A DNA stretch of 64,000 nucleotides from Candidatus Latescibacterota bacterium. GTDB lineage: Bacteria; Latescibacterota; UBA2968; GCA-2709665. The stretch's first letter is position 1; each line of letters begins with the position of its first letter. Shown here piece by piece: positions 1 to 9,208 of the stretch. The notes beneath the pieces are model-generated. The model had not been told where the DNA came from and did not search any database. It saw nothing but the letters and a program-made list of their open reading frames with translations. The position numbers were made by a program, and so were the translations under genes. Location: positions 2,528,001 through 2,592,000 of the forward strand of contig OZ220733.1 in assembly GCA_965116875.1 (NCBI GenBank), in the 5' to 3' direction.

Positions 1-18
1 ACAACGCCCAAAGGGTAC

Positions 19-1563
19 TCAAGCAACTTGGGGTGAGTCAACTCCAAAATGGGGGTCGGCTTCCGCTCCATACTTTTCCTTATAGGTTGAGATAAAATCC
101 CGATCCTCACAAATACAGCTGCCAGTCCCGGCCTTCAAAGCCGGCTGGGGAGAAGGATCGCGTTCCGTTAAGGGTTGCATGACGTCCAGTCTGCGCACAA
201 GGGTTCTGCGTTGATTACCGTCGGACAGCACGTCGCGCACCGTTTCCGCAGCCAGCAGCACGCCAGCGAGTGCCGACTGGAAAGCAAGCGGTACTTGCAG
301 TTCTCTAGGTGTGGGTCCGGCTTCTCCGAGTGGTATAATGCCGCCACCACAGATTCCCTCTATCCAAAGCTCATCTATTGGCCTATCTACGTATGGTTCC
401 ATTGACTCGACTGGAATCGCCCAAGCTGCAGCAACAGCTTCGCAGATCACCTTGCCGGTCGCTTGTCGATCTCCCAACCGAAAGCGAACCTGATCCCTGA
501 GTTGAGGGATCCTAAGACCTTCAGCGACTAATTGGTCCTGGCTCTTGGATTTCTGGGCTGGCAAGTAAAGGCAGGCTAGGCAGGCGTCACGACCCAAGAA
601 GGTATGACAAGACACGCCGAGATCGCCGGCTTGGGTCCACCCGTTAACTATCCATCTTGGCAAACTCCCTTGTACAGCTCGCCTGTCATGGGCGGAGTCG
701 AGGGCAACCAGAACGCGATCCCACGTGTAGCCCTTGGCTACAAGGAAGGATGCCCAGGTACCCAGATGAAGCAACGCCTGTAGCGATCCGTCGAATTTCC
801 CTCCAACGATTTCAACCTTTTCGCCGCCTTCATCGCCCCGTGCACAAAGTACGTAACGCTGGAGATTGCTGAGCTCCACGACTTGTGGATCTATTAGGTG
901 GATCTCGCCACTGAGTGGTGTGCGCGTTAGGGCCCACGCCGCGCCATTGCCGACCGCTCCAATGCCGACCAGCGCAAGGGATTCCGTCAGTGTGGTCGCT
1001 GTCAGCTTAGGAAAGCAATCGCCGTAGGGAGGGAAACTGACGTCCGTGTCAAGCAGGGATGCGCCGTTCGGGAGAAAGAGAAATCGAAAAAGGTTAGCTC
1101 CCGCCAGGCAGGCGGCAAAGCCTGCTCCAAAGGGGTTGCCTAGATCGCTGGTATTGTATGGCCCCTCAGTTCCGACCTTAGCCAGCCAGCCATCGCAGCC
1201 AGCGAATAAGGTTGGTGTGTCAATGGTGGGCGCACCCTTGCCGACAGCTAGACCAACATTGGCAGTACCCTTCCTAGACAACTCGATGTTAGGGTTGATG
1301 TTACTGGCCAGTGCCATTAGTTCATCGGCGAGCCGATTGCCCTCAGAAACGGTGGAAAACACCAAAGCCGGGTACAAGCGGGCCGCTAACCTGACAAAGA
1401 GATCAAGAAGCTCGCGTCCGTCTCGACTGTCCGCCGCATCTGCGCCGAATGAAATAGCCACTCGGACACCCTCAAGCTTTTCGGTGAAGGCGTCGATCTG
1501 AAAGCCTTGGAGGACTTGTGAGATGGCGACCGCGTCACGATGAAAGTAATCAGCCAACGACAT
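19..1563 (-). CDS. bilD: E1-like ubiquitin-activating enzyme: N-terminal inactive adenylation-like domain + ThiF adenylation domain with Cys insert (BilD-like)
   Basis: 514 aa. Motifs: GIGAVG nucleotide-binding loop, DPQVVELSNLQRY, ALDS, Zn ligands C328xxC331 and C483xC485, candidate catalytic C405 (ICGGG). Last gene of a Ubl-E2-JAB-E1 operon. Confidence 0.85.
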   Translation of the reverse strand: MSLADYFHRDAVAISQVLQGFQIDAFTEKLEGVRVAISFGADAADSRDGRELLDLFVRLAARLYPALVFSTVSEGNRLADELMALASNINPNIELSRKGTANVGLAVGKGAPTIDTPTLFAGCDGWLAKVGTEGPYNTSDLGNPFGAGFAACLAGANLFRFLFLPNGASLLDTDVSFPPYGDCFPKLTATTLTESLALVGIGAVGNGAAWALTRTPLSGEIHLIDPQVVELSNLQRYVLCARGDEGGEKVEIVGGKFDGSLQALLHLGTWASFLVAKGYTWDRVLVALDSAHDRRAVQGSLPRWIVNGWTQAGDLGVSCHTFLGRDACLACLYLPAQKSKSQDQLVAEGLRIPQLRDQVRFRLGDRQATGKVICEAVAAAWAIPVESMEPYVDRPIDELWIEGICGGGIIPLGEAGPTPRELQVPLAFQSALAGVLLAAETVRDVLSDGNQRRTLVRRLDVMQPLTERDPSPQPALKAGTGSCICEDRDFISTYKEKYGAEADPHFGVDSPQVA

Positions 1564-1565
1564 CT

Positions 1566-2042
1566 CTAACAGACCTCTATAAGATTACTTAGTGAAGGGC
1601 TTATTTCGAGCCACCCGTATTTTCCGAGACGATAAGCGGCAATACCACTTGATCCCCAACCGTCGCGCCCGAAGTTGGGAAGAACGATGGATAGGCTACC
1701 GACCAAGGTGGTTATCGGGAAGGTCTCGTCGGTTTTTGAGTGATAGGCATCCGTTGGATGGCCGTGGACCTGTACGCCTATTACCTGCTTTGCCTCGTAA
1801 AGCCACACGTTCAAACGATGCAATTCGGAGCCGTCAACTCGTACGCAGAGACCTGAATCAAGTTTGTAGGAGACTTGGTCCGGGATATGCACATTGGCGA
1901 CGTTAAAAGTGTCGTGATCACGTGTACCTGACCAGACTACGAACAGCTCGTATCCATCCTCGCCCGCCGAAAGAATCGCCTCCACGGTTTCGCGTATGTA
2001 ACAGGCCGGGATTCGAAAACGCCGCACGCCTATTAGGTTCAC
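1566..2042 (-). CDS. bilC: JAB/JAMM metallo-isopeptidase (deubiquitinase, BilC-like)
   Basis: JAMM signature: upstream Glu (GYELFVVW) and QVHGHPTDAYHSKTD. Start reassigned to GTG 2042, which overlaps the E2 stop (GTGA) and has a GGAGG RBS; 158 aa. Confidence 0.85.
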   Translation of the reverse strand: MNLIGVRRFRIPACYIRETVEAILSAGEDGYELFVVWSGTRDHDTFNVANVHIPDQVSYKLDSGLCVRVDGSELHRLNVWLYEAKQVIGVQVHGHPTDAYHSKTDETFPITTLVGSLSIVLPNFGRDGWGSSGIAAYRLGKYGWLEISPSLSNLIEVC

Positions 2043-2644
2043 TGAGGCGCCTCCGAAACAGCAAAGGAGATCTGTGGTACAAGGTTGACACCCAAGTCGG
2101 TCACTGGTTCGAGGCCGTATTTGGAAATCACGCCCAAGAGGCGAACCAGACGACCACCGCCTGCGATCCTGTGAATTTCCCAATGGTCTCCGGAGTGGCC
2201 TGGGTGGTCGTGGTACTCCTTGACCCCTGCCACACAGAGGAAGGGTAGGTCTTCGGGGGAATAAGCTTGCATCAGGTCCTGCACCCTAGTACTTCGCATC
2301 TTAGTGCCGTCGGGCATGACCACCTCCGGCCCAAGGATCGTTTGAGGGAGACGTGTTGGGAGCTCTTTGAATACAAGGGATCGTCCAGAGAATGGATCGA
2401 TCAGACGAACCGAAGGCGGCTCAACATCATAGTTCGTATAGTCAAATTGGACGGCCGTCACAATCGTCGGTGGGCTTGTTTTTTTTGAAGCCAGAACAAC
2501 GACTGCCACGGGCCATTGTGCCTTCACGAGAAACCAGCCGCGAGCGTGATAGTCAGCCTCGAGGGACCGGAAGTCGGCGATCTCCCGCTCAAACTTCGCC
2601 TGTGACACTACCGGGTCGACATACTGTTCGGCTTCACTAGCCAT
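2039..2644 (-). CDS. bilB: E2-like ubiquitin-conjugating enzyme (BilB-like)
   Basis: Start reassigned to ATG 2644 (MASEAEQ), 201 aa. FDYTNYDVEPPSV resembles the UBC-fold YPxxPP turn; PFLCVAGVKEYHDHPGHSGDHW carries candidate catalytic C137. Confidence 0.8.
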   Translation of the reverse strand: MASEAEQYVDPVVSQAKFEREIADFRSLEADYHARGWFLVKAQWPVAVVVLASKKTSPPTIVTAVQFDYTNYDVEPPSVRLIDPFSGRSLVFKELPTRLPQTILGPEVVMPDGTKMRSTRVQDLMQAYSPEDLPFLCVAGVKEYHDHPGHSGDHWEIHRIAGGGRLVRLLGVISKYGLEPVTDLGVNLVPQISFAVSEAPQ

Positions 2645-2903
2645 GGCCGCCCACCCCGGCTTTGAGATTAAGGAAAAGGCGAACCTTTTCATCAAAGCCA
2701 TAGTCCTCGATCTTTTTGTCCAGGTCGAGCAGGTTTCCATCGGCGTCACGGAGTTCCCAGTTTTCTGGCGGCTGGCCGGAGTTTGCTGTTTGTCGCAAGG
2801 CATCCGGAATGATCGCGCGGAGTGGATCATCCTCGACAGCATCGACGACCGTGGGTTGTCCGTTGACGACCACTGTAATCGAGATTTTCTTTGGAATGGA
2901 CAT
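2637..2903 (-). CDS. bilA: Single-domain ubiquitin-like beta-grasp protein (DUF2604/BilA-like)
   Basis: 88 aa with AAGGAG RBS. Beta-grasp pattern (ISITVVVNGQ...WELRDADGNLLD...LFLNLKAG) and C-terminus AGVGG-HG. Confidence 0.85.
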   Translation of the reverse strand: MSIPKKISITVVVNGQPTVVDAVEDDPLRAIIPDALRQTANSGQPPENWELRDADGNLLDLDKKIEDYGFDEKVRLFLNLKAGVGGHG

Positions 2904-2958
2904 CGATTGGTCTCCTTAAATGTGGACATCGGCTGATCCTGTTGGCAACGACATTTCA

Positions 2959-2987
2959 AATATAATACACGGAATTCATTAAATCAA
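2959..2987 (-). promoter_or_regulatory. Putative sigma70 promoter of the Ubl operon
   Basis: TTGATT-N17-TATATT on the minus strand in an AT-rich patch ~55 nt upstream of the Ubl start. Confidence 0.55.
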
Positions 2988-3063
2988 GTGAAATTTGTGA
3001 CAAGCGGGATGATCAGAGGAAAATCGTCGGCCCGCGACTACCGCTTGCACCATTCACGCGAAT

Positions 3064-3093
3064 GTCGGTACGCCTCGATCGAGGCGTACCGAC
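3064..3093. repeat. Perfect 30-bp palindrome
   Basis: GTCGGTACGCCTCGA|TCGAGGCGTACCGAC, no spacer and no mismatch. Confidence 0.9.
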
Positions 3094-3217
3094 CTCGATT
3101 CAAACACGTCGCCAGGTAAGTCTTCGTCGCCCGTGATGGACCCTCGCGTACTTACTATCCAGCGAATTGCCTTATACCGATGTTTTCCCGAAATTCCCGA
3201 TATTTGCTGCATAGACC

Positions 3218-4357
3218 CTACATTCTGGCCAACGCCTTCGCGAAGTCCGCGCACAGATCCTCCGCGGCCTCGATGCCGCACGCCACGCGGACCAGGCCGT
3301 CGGTTATGCCCAGACCCGCCCGATCTTCCGGGCTCATGCCGCTGTGCGAGGTGGCGGCCGGACGGGTAATGAGGGTTTCGACGCCGCCGAGACTGGGGGC
3401 CGTTACCGGCAGCGTCAGCCCGGACAGCAATCGTTTGGCCGACGCCACGCCGCCGTGCAGTTCGAAGCTCAGCACCCCGCCCGCTCCGGATAACAACCGC
3501 TGTGCCCGTTCGTATTGCGGATGGCTCTCCAGCCCGGGATAGTTCACCCGCGCCACCTGCTCCTGTCCGGTCAAAAATTCCGCCAGGCGCAGACCGTTCT
3601 CATTGTGCTGGCGCATTCTGAGCGCCAGTGTCTTCATGCCCCGTTGCAGCAGAAAACAGGCGTGCGTATCCAGCGAACCGCCCAGATGATTCAGCTTGTG
3701 TCTGATGGTCTCGACGTGTGCGGAGGACCCCGTGATCGCGCCCGCGACCAGGTCTGAGTGACCGTTCAGGTACTTGGTGGCGCTGTGCAGTTCGATATCA
3801 AACCCGATTTCCAGCGGGCGGAAATTGCACGGAGAGGCAAAGGTATTGTCGATCAGGGAGACCAGCCCGTTTTCCCGGGCGAACGCCACGACGGCCTCCA
3901 GATCGGCGACCTCCAACAACGGGTTGGTCATGGTCTCCACGTAAATCGCCCGGGTTTCCGGTCGGAGCTTCCCCGCCCACGTCTCCGGCGCGTTCCCGGC
4001 GATGAAGTCGAAGCTCATCCCCAGGCGCGGCGCATCCTGCGTCACAAAATTGTGCGTGCCCCCGTAGAGACAGTCCTGGATCAGCAGATGATCACCGCTT
4101 TCGAGTACGGCTATCAATGCCGTGGTGATGGCGGCCATCCCGGAGCCGGTGACGAGCGCGTCCTCACCGCCGCAGACCGCGGCCAGCTTGGCATGCAGTG
4201 CGCGGTGATTGGGTGTGTTGTTCAGGCGGAGATAGCGGATGGCGTTGTAGTCCTGCTCGTCCTGCGACACAAAGGTCGAGCTCTGGAAGATCGGCAGCAC
4301 CACGGCGCCCTCGATGCGCTCCTCGCCGGCGTGAATGAGACGGGTTTGGATATCCAT
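3218..4357 (-). CDS. PLP-dependent Cys/Met metabolism enzyme (cystathionine gamma-synthase/lyase or methionine gamma-lyase family)
   Basis: SGMAAI, LYGGT, ETMTNP, DNTF, HSATKYLNGHSD (PLP lysine), SLGGVE. Confidence 0.9.
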   Translation of the reverse strand: MDIQTRLIHAGEERIEGAVVLPIFQSSTFVSQDEQDYNAIRYLRLNNTPNHRALHAKLAAVCGGEDALVTGSGMAAITTALIAVLESGDHLLIQDCLYGGTHNFVTQDAPRLGMSFDFIAGNAPETWAGKLRPETRAIYVETMTNPLLEVADLEAVVAFARENGLVSLIDNTFASPCNFRPLEIGFDIELHSATKYLNGHSDLVAGAITGSSAHVETIRHKLNHLGGSLDTHACFLLQRGMKTLALRMRQHNENGLRLAEFLTGQEQVARVNYPGLESHPQYERAQRLLSGAGGVLSFELHGGVASAKRLLSGLTLPVTAPSLGGVETLITRPAATSHSGMSPEDRAGLGITDGLVRVACGIEAAEDLCADFAKALARM

Positions 4358-4660
4358 GCACGTTTCCTCGGGAAATTACAGCGTGACTTCTGCGCAAAAT
4401 GGATGCATGTATTCTGAGCAATACAGTAATCGTGGACCGACATGAATAGGCAGGATGAGCAGGATGCGGGCCAACGGCAGTACAACCCGAAAAAGCGAGT
4501 ATTGTTCCCGGATCGAGGAGGGAATCCATTACCCGCGGTGCGTCCGACGTCATGGTGACCGCCCCGATCCGACACCGACAGTGACGGACACGATTTTGCG
4601 GCCGGTCCGTCGTCGAACCCATTGTACCGTTTAACGCATTCATCGCAAAAAGGAAAAACC

Positions 4661-6076
4661 ATGCCTGAGACTGACCATTTGCAAGCCGGAGCGGCGATGG
4701 TTGACATCACGCCGCCATTGAGGACGCATCTGGCCGGAAGCGGGGCCGGTGAGCACCGACCGGCCGAGACCGTTTTGGATCCGCTCTTTGCAAAAGCCAT
4801 CGTCTTCGAAGCCGATGGGCGGCGCGTCTGCATGGTGATCCTGGATCTGACAATTGTCACCCAGGACTATACGAACCGGATCCGCGCCGCCATCCGCGAG
4901 CGCACGGGCATCCCGCCGGAGGCGATCATGGTCCAGGCGACCCAGACGCACTCCGCCCCGAGCCTGGGCTACTTTATGCTGGATCCGGATTTCCCGCTGG
5001 AGACCAGCGAGGCGACGGAGTACCTGCGCGGGGCCGAACGCGCCTACGGCGACCGCGCGGCGGCCGCCGCGGTGGAGGCAGCCGTCGCTGCGGCGGGCAG
5101 GCTGCAACCCGCCCGCATCGGCCTGGGGCGCGGCGTGTTGGGGGACCTGGCGTTCAATCGCCGCGGCATCCGACGGGACGGAACCATCACCATGCCCGCC
5201 CCCCTGGGCCGGGAAGAAAGGCCGTTCGGAAACACGGACGTCTGTTATCTCGAAGGTCCGATGGACCCGGAGGTCGGCGTGTGCTGCGTCCAGGACCTGG
5301 AGAAACGGCCGCTGGCTTTTCTCCTGCACTACACCTGTCACCCGGTCAATGCGTTCAGTAATCGCGACACCTATCGGGCTGTGTCGGCGGATTGGCCCGG
5401 CGCATGGACGCGGGAGATGCAGCAGGTGTTCGGCCCGGACGCGGTGCCGCTGGTCGTCAACGGCTGCTGCGGCAACATCAACCCCAGGCATCCCTTCGAT
5501 TCGGATTATCGGCCGGACCACAGGAGAATGGGGCGCGAACTGGCCGGGATGACCGAACGAATCGTCCACAGTATGGCGTTTGACAAAGAAGCCGCGCTGG
5601 CATTCAACGTCGAAAACGTCCGGCTGCCCTTCCGGGAGATTCCGGCAAAGCGACTGCGCGAGGTCGAAGCGATCCTGTGCGAGAGTCCCGAACCGTCGCG
5701 CGGAGCAAATGGCCAGGTGGACCCGCACTGGTTCCGGGCGGCGTCGACCCGAAGCGTCGAACTGTGTCGGCAGCGGGACGCCGCGTTCCCCTACGAAATC
5801 CAGGCGTTCCGCATCGGCGGCATGTGCGTTATCGGCCTACCCGGAGAGCCGTTTGTGGAAGGACAACTCGCACTCAAGACGAACTCGACGGCGCCGTATC
5901 TTTTCCCGGCGCACCTCACGTCGCACTACGTCGGCTACCTCCCCACGCGGGAGGCCTATGCACGGGGCGGACACGAGGCCAACGAAGACGTGACCTACTG
6001 GGCCAAACTCGCGCCGGGCTGCCTTGAAACCGTGGTGGGTCGGGGTCGCGCACTACTGGAAGATCTGTTCTCGTGA
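4661..6076 (+). CDS. Neutral/alkaline ceramidase-like hydrolase
   Basis: DITPP, DPLFAKA, ATQTHSAP, CHP, SADWPG, GCCGNINP, LPGEPF, GYLP motifs; start set at ATG 4661 after AAGGA. Confidence 0.7.
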   Translation: MPETDHLQAGAAMVDITPPLRTHLAGSGAGEHRPAETVLDPLFAKAIVFEADGRRVCMVILDLTIVTQDYTNRIRAAIRERTGIPPEAIMVQATQTHSAPSLGYFMLDPDFPLETSEATEYLRGAERAYGDRAAAAAVEAAVAAAGRLQPARIGLGRGVLGDLAFNRRGIRRDGTITMPAPLGREERPFGNTDVCYLEGPMDPEVGVCCVQDLEKRPLAFLLHYTCHPVNAFSNRDTYRAVSADWPGAWTREMQQVFGPDAVPLVVNGCCGNINPRHPFDSDYRPDHRRMGRELAGMTERIVHSMAFDKEAALAFNVENVRLPFREIPAKRLREVEAILCESPEPSRGANGQVDPHWFRAASTRSVELCRQRDAAFPYEIQAFRIGGMCVIGLPGEPFVEGQLALKTNSTAPYLFPAHLTSHYVGYLPTREAYARGGHEANEDVTYWAKLAPGCLETVVGRGRALLEDLFS

Positions 6077-6132
6077 GGGATTCAACGAATGTGCTGCCGC
6101 ACACGGGAAATTTGAACAAAAGGGATGAACCG

Positions 6133-6609
6133 ATGCAGAAGATCGTTACCAATCTGTGGTTTGACGGCCGGGTGGAGGAAGCGCTCGAACTCTACACGTC
6201 CTGCTTCGAAGACGCGCGCGTTACGAAAATCACACGCTACACAGAAGCCGGCATGGGCAATGCGGGCGATATCATGACCGCAGAATTCGTACTGGCGGGG
6301 CAGGCGTTCTGCATCATCAACGGCGGTCCCATGTACACACACAGCCCCGCAATGTCGCTGGCGATCAACTGTGTTGATCAGGACGAGGTGGATACACTCT
6401 GGGAACGTTTGACATCCGATGGCGGCGAGGAAGGCCGATGCGGCTGGCTCACCGACCGCTTCGGCGTCTCCTGGCAGATCGTTCCCACCGCGCTGGGCGA
6501 AATGATGGCCAGCGACGATGCGGCGGCGGTCGAACGCGTCACCGCGGCATTTCTGAATATGAACAAGCTGGAGATCGCCAGGTTGGAGAAGGCGTTCCGC
6601 AATGAGTAA
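6133..6609 (+). CDS. VOC family protein (PhnB / 3-demethylubiquinone-9 methyltransferase-like)
   Basis: MQKIVTNLWFD, NGGP, QDEVDTLW, CGWLTDRFGVSWQIVP. Confidence 0.88.
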   Translation: MQKIVTNLWFDGRVEEALELYTSCFEDARVTKITRYTEAGMGNAGDIMTAEFVLAGQAFCIINGGPMYTHSPAMSLAINCVDQDEVDTLWERLTSDGGEEGRCGWLTDRFGVSWQIVPTALGEMMASDDAAAVERVTAAFLNMNKLEIARLEKAFRNE

Positions 6610-6771
6610 GAAGCTGTTTTAAAATTACCGGTGAGTTCCCGAGCGCGAGCGAAAAAGCGGCGGTCAAGGCGGGCAAATCCGCCCATATTTGTTTATACGG
6701 GTGGGTTTGACCAACGCCGACCGGCGCTTTTGCAGCCGTGCGAAGACCGCTGGGAGTTTTAAGACAGCTTC
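6610..6771. mobile_element. 162-bp MITE-like element with 15-bp TIRs and TAA target duplication
   Basis: Left end GAAGCTGTTTTAAAA, right end TTTTAAGACAGCTTC (14/15 inverted match). TAA flanks both sides (6607-6609, 6772-6774); long internal inverted repeat; no credible coding region. Confidence 0.7.
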
Positions 6772-6899
6772 TAAGCCGTTCCAGACCGTCACAAGCCGCC
6801 CGTCGCCTTTGCCCGGCTGGCTGCGGGCGCCGATTCAGTCAAGATTTCAATCGACATCACACCTGTCCAAAATCGTCTTTTCCAACCGATATCACGACA

Positions 6900-7111
6900 T
6901 GATCCACCTGCAACCGGAGCGAGGGCATCCTGCCCTCGAACTTCGCGTTACCTACCCCTGTTCGCGTCGAGAGACTGACGGGTCCAATTAATCCGACACC
7001 GGGTCACGGAAAACACCGTGTGCGACGAGTTATCCGACGTCGAGGGCAGGATGCCCTCGCTCCCGGGAACGCCACCCCACCGGTCCCAAATCGGTTTCTG
7101 TCCTGGACAGC
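6900..7111. repeat. REP doublet (REPIN-like), copy 1
   Basis: GGAGCGAGGGCATCCTGCCCTCG (6916-6938) and its exact inverse (7041-7063); flanks shared with 11830-12010. Confidence 0.75.
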
Positions 7112-7247
7112 CGTGGCCAAAAGAAGGTGACCTGCATTGGCACTTCGAAACAATTTTCAAGAAAAACAGATACTTACGCATTCAGCATCGTCTTTTTCAA
7201 ACTATCTTGGACAGCAGTGAATCGACATCAAGGGGGAGGACGTACGT

Positions 7248-7622
7248 ATGACCGGGAGTGACCGCTACGAAGCAGGCCGCAGAGTTCTCTCGAAGATGCT
7301 CGGAAAGGCCGCTGCGGAGGCCTCCGCCGAGAAGATGCGCAACCTTCATCCGGAGTTCGAGCGACTCGTGATGGAACAGGTGATGCATGACCTGTATGGA
7401 CGCGACGGGCTGGACGTCAAGACCCGTCTGCTATGCACGATCGCGGCCTTGACGGTTCTCGGCAGGCCGCAACAACTTGCTGTCCACATCGATCGGGCCG
7501 TGGGTTGCGGATCCACGAGGACGGAGATCGAAGAGGTCATGTTGCAGATGAGCGCTTTCGGCGGATTTCCGGCGACCTGGGATGCACTGACCGTTCTCCG
7601 GGGTCAGAACCGGGAGGAATAG
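7248..7622 (+). CDS. Carboxymuconolactone decarboxylase (CMD/AhpD-like) family protein
   Basis: YGRDGLDVKTRLLCTIAAL...QLAVH...EIEEVMLQ...GFP pattern; GGAGG RBS. Confidence 0.85.
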   Translation: MTGSDRYEAGRRVLSKMLGKAAAEASAEKMRNLHPEFERLVMEQVMHDLYGRDGLDVKTRLLCTIAALTVLGRPQQLAVHIDRAVGCGSTRTEIEEVMLQMSAFGGFPATWDALTVLRGQNREE

Positions 7623-7660
7623 TCAGATCCGTTTGAGCTGGACGGCCCCAGTCCGCGTGT

Positions 7661-9208
7661 TTAATCCCGGTCGAATAGACGCACCTGGGTATCGTCTGCA
7701 AGCGCCAGTTCGTAGCAGACGGCCTCGCTGTCCGTGCGCACCAGCAGATAGGGTGCGGCAAAGGACGGGGGATTCCAGGTTTTGCCCGCGAAGGCCGTCA
7801 TGCGCGCCAGTTCGACGTGGCGGTCCGGGCGGGCCTCGACCAGTACCACGTCGCCCGTTTCGCTCATGATCAGCAGGACGTCGTCTATCAGGATGAGCTG
7901 GCCGTGGCCGTAGCGCCCGCGCTTCCAGCGGCGCTTGCCGTCTTGCGGGTCCAGGCAGACCAGCACCCCGTCGTCGAGGCCATAGACAAAACCGTCGCGA
8001 TAGACCATGTTGGCAAACTTGGCCTTGAGCCTTGGGCTCTTCCAGACGATATCGCTCGTCAAGCCGCCGCCGGCATCGGCGTTTACCTGATACAGCCTGG
8101 CGCCAATGCCGTAGCCGGTGGAGACCAGAACCCGGTTCTCCGGCAAGGTCAGTGGGTTGGCAACGCACTGGACCTGGTCCCAGGGCTGACGCCAGAGGGG
8201 TGCGCCACTGTGCGGATCGTGCGCGACCACACTGTGGCTGTTGAAGATCAGGATCTGCTCGCGTCCGGCCAGCGTGACCAGACGCGGCGAACTGTAACCG
8301 GCCCTGTCCGTGCCCCCGCCCCAGACAAACGCGCCGGTCTGACGGTGATAGGCAACCAGCGAGCGCTCATCCGGGCCCCCTGCACTGACCACGACCAGGG
8401 TGTCTAGAACCAGAGGCGAACAGCTGATGCCCCACGCATTGGCCTCGGCCCGGTTGTCGGCGAGGATGTCCCGCGACCAGATCAGCGCCCCGCCGGCCAG
8501 ATCCAGACAATTCAGGATGCCGGTCGCGCCCAGGGTGAAAACCCGGTCTCCAGCGACGGTAGGCGTAGCGCGCGGACCGACGCCGGCGACGGCGGACTCG
8601 TAGCGAGTCGAGTCGGCGTGGCGCCAGAGCATGCGGCCCGTTGCCAGGTCGTAGCAGACAACCTGCTCCTCGGGGCCGTGTTGCTCCTGGGTTACGGCCC
8701 GGCCTCCGGCAATGGCAAAAGAGGACCAGGCGGCGCCGACCGGGCGACGCCAGATTTCACGCGGCGGGCGCCTGGTCCAGTCGCGCTCGAGGCGGACGCC
8801 CCGGAGGCGGTTGTTGCGCTCGGGGCCGAGAAATTGCGGCCAATCGCGGGCGTCGAGCGCGGTGGCGGCCCCGCCCTCCGCGACGGCGGCTTCTTCCTCA
8901 GCACTCCAGCGCCATTCGAGGACCGGTACGAAATCGCCGCTCAACCCCTTGACGCGAAAAAGCCCGATGCCAAGCGCAATGACGAAGAGAATGCCGCCGA
9001 AATACCTCAGACGCTGTCCCCAGGCCAGCCGCGATGCAAAGAGCAGCCAGAGCAAAGCAAGGATAACGGCGAGTATGGAGATGCCCATGGTGCGCATCAC
9101 CTGTTGCTGGCGATGGAGGGACTCGGGCAGCCAGATCAGCAGGAGCGCCAGGACGACGATGCCTGCGAGCAGATAAAGAGGCCACAATCGAGGGCCGGTC
9201 GAGGACAT
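7661..9208 (-). CDS. Membrane-anchored PQQ-like beta-propeller protein (BamB-like repeat family)
   Basis: Three N-terminal hydrophobic helices, then DWPQFLGPERN and repeated xDxxTGxxxW blades, ending in TWNPP. Confidence 0.8.
   Translation of the reverse strand: MSSTGPRLWPLYLLAGIVVLALLLIWLPESLHRQQQVMRTMGISILAVILALLWLLFASRLAWGQRLRYFGGILFVIALGIGLFRVKGLSGDFVPVLEWRWSAEEEAAVAEGGAATALDARDWPQFLGPERNNRLRGVRLERDWTRRPPREIWRRPVGAAWSSFAIAGGRAVTQEQHGPEEQVVCYDLATGRMLWRHADSTRYESAVAGVGPRATPTVAGDRVFTLGATGILNCLDLAGGALIWSRDILADNRAEANAWGISCSPLVLDTLVVVSAGGPDERSLVAYHRQTGAFVWGGGTDRAGYSSPRLVTLAGREQILIFNSHSVVAHDPHSGAPLWRQPWDQVQCVANPLTLPENRVLVSTGYGIGARLYQVNADAGGGLTSDIVWKSPRLKAKFANMVYRDGFVYGLDDGVLVCLDPQDGKRRWKRGRYGHGQLILIDDVLLIMSETGDVVLVEARPDRHVELARMTAFAGKTWNPPSFAAPYLLVRTDSEAVCYELALADDTQVRLFDRD

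Noticed and set aside
19-2903. ThiF/ThiS or MoeB/MoaD sulfur-transfer operon, or CBASS Cap2/Cap3
   Set aside because: A stand-alone E2 and Ubl are present, and no biosynthetic client gene or CD-NTase is visible. Sequence downstream of position 19 is outside the window.
2039-2959. 306-aa E2 and 205-aa JAB with long N-terminal extensions
   Set aside because: The extensions overlap the upstream genes in other frames; coupled starts at 2644 and 2042 fit better.
4440-4470. 9-mer CAGGAT repeats (also 30150-30180) as operators
   Set aside because: Only 2-3 degenerate units; they look like generic short intergenic repeats.
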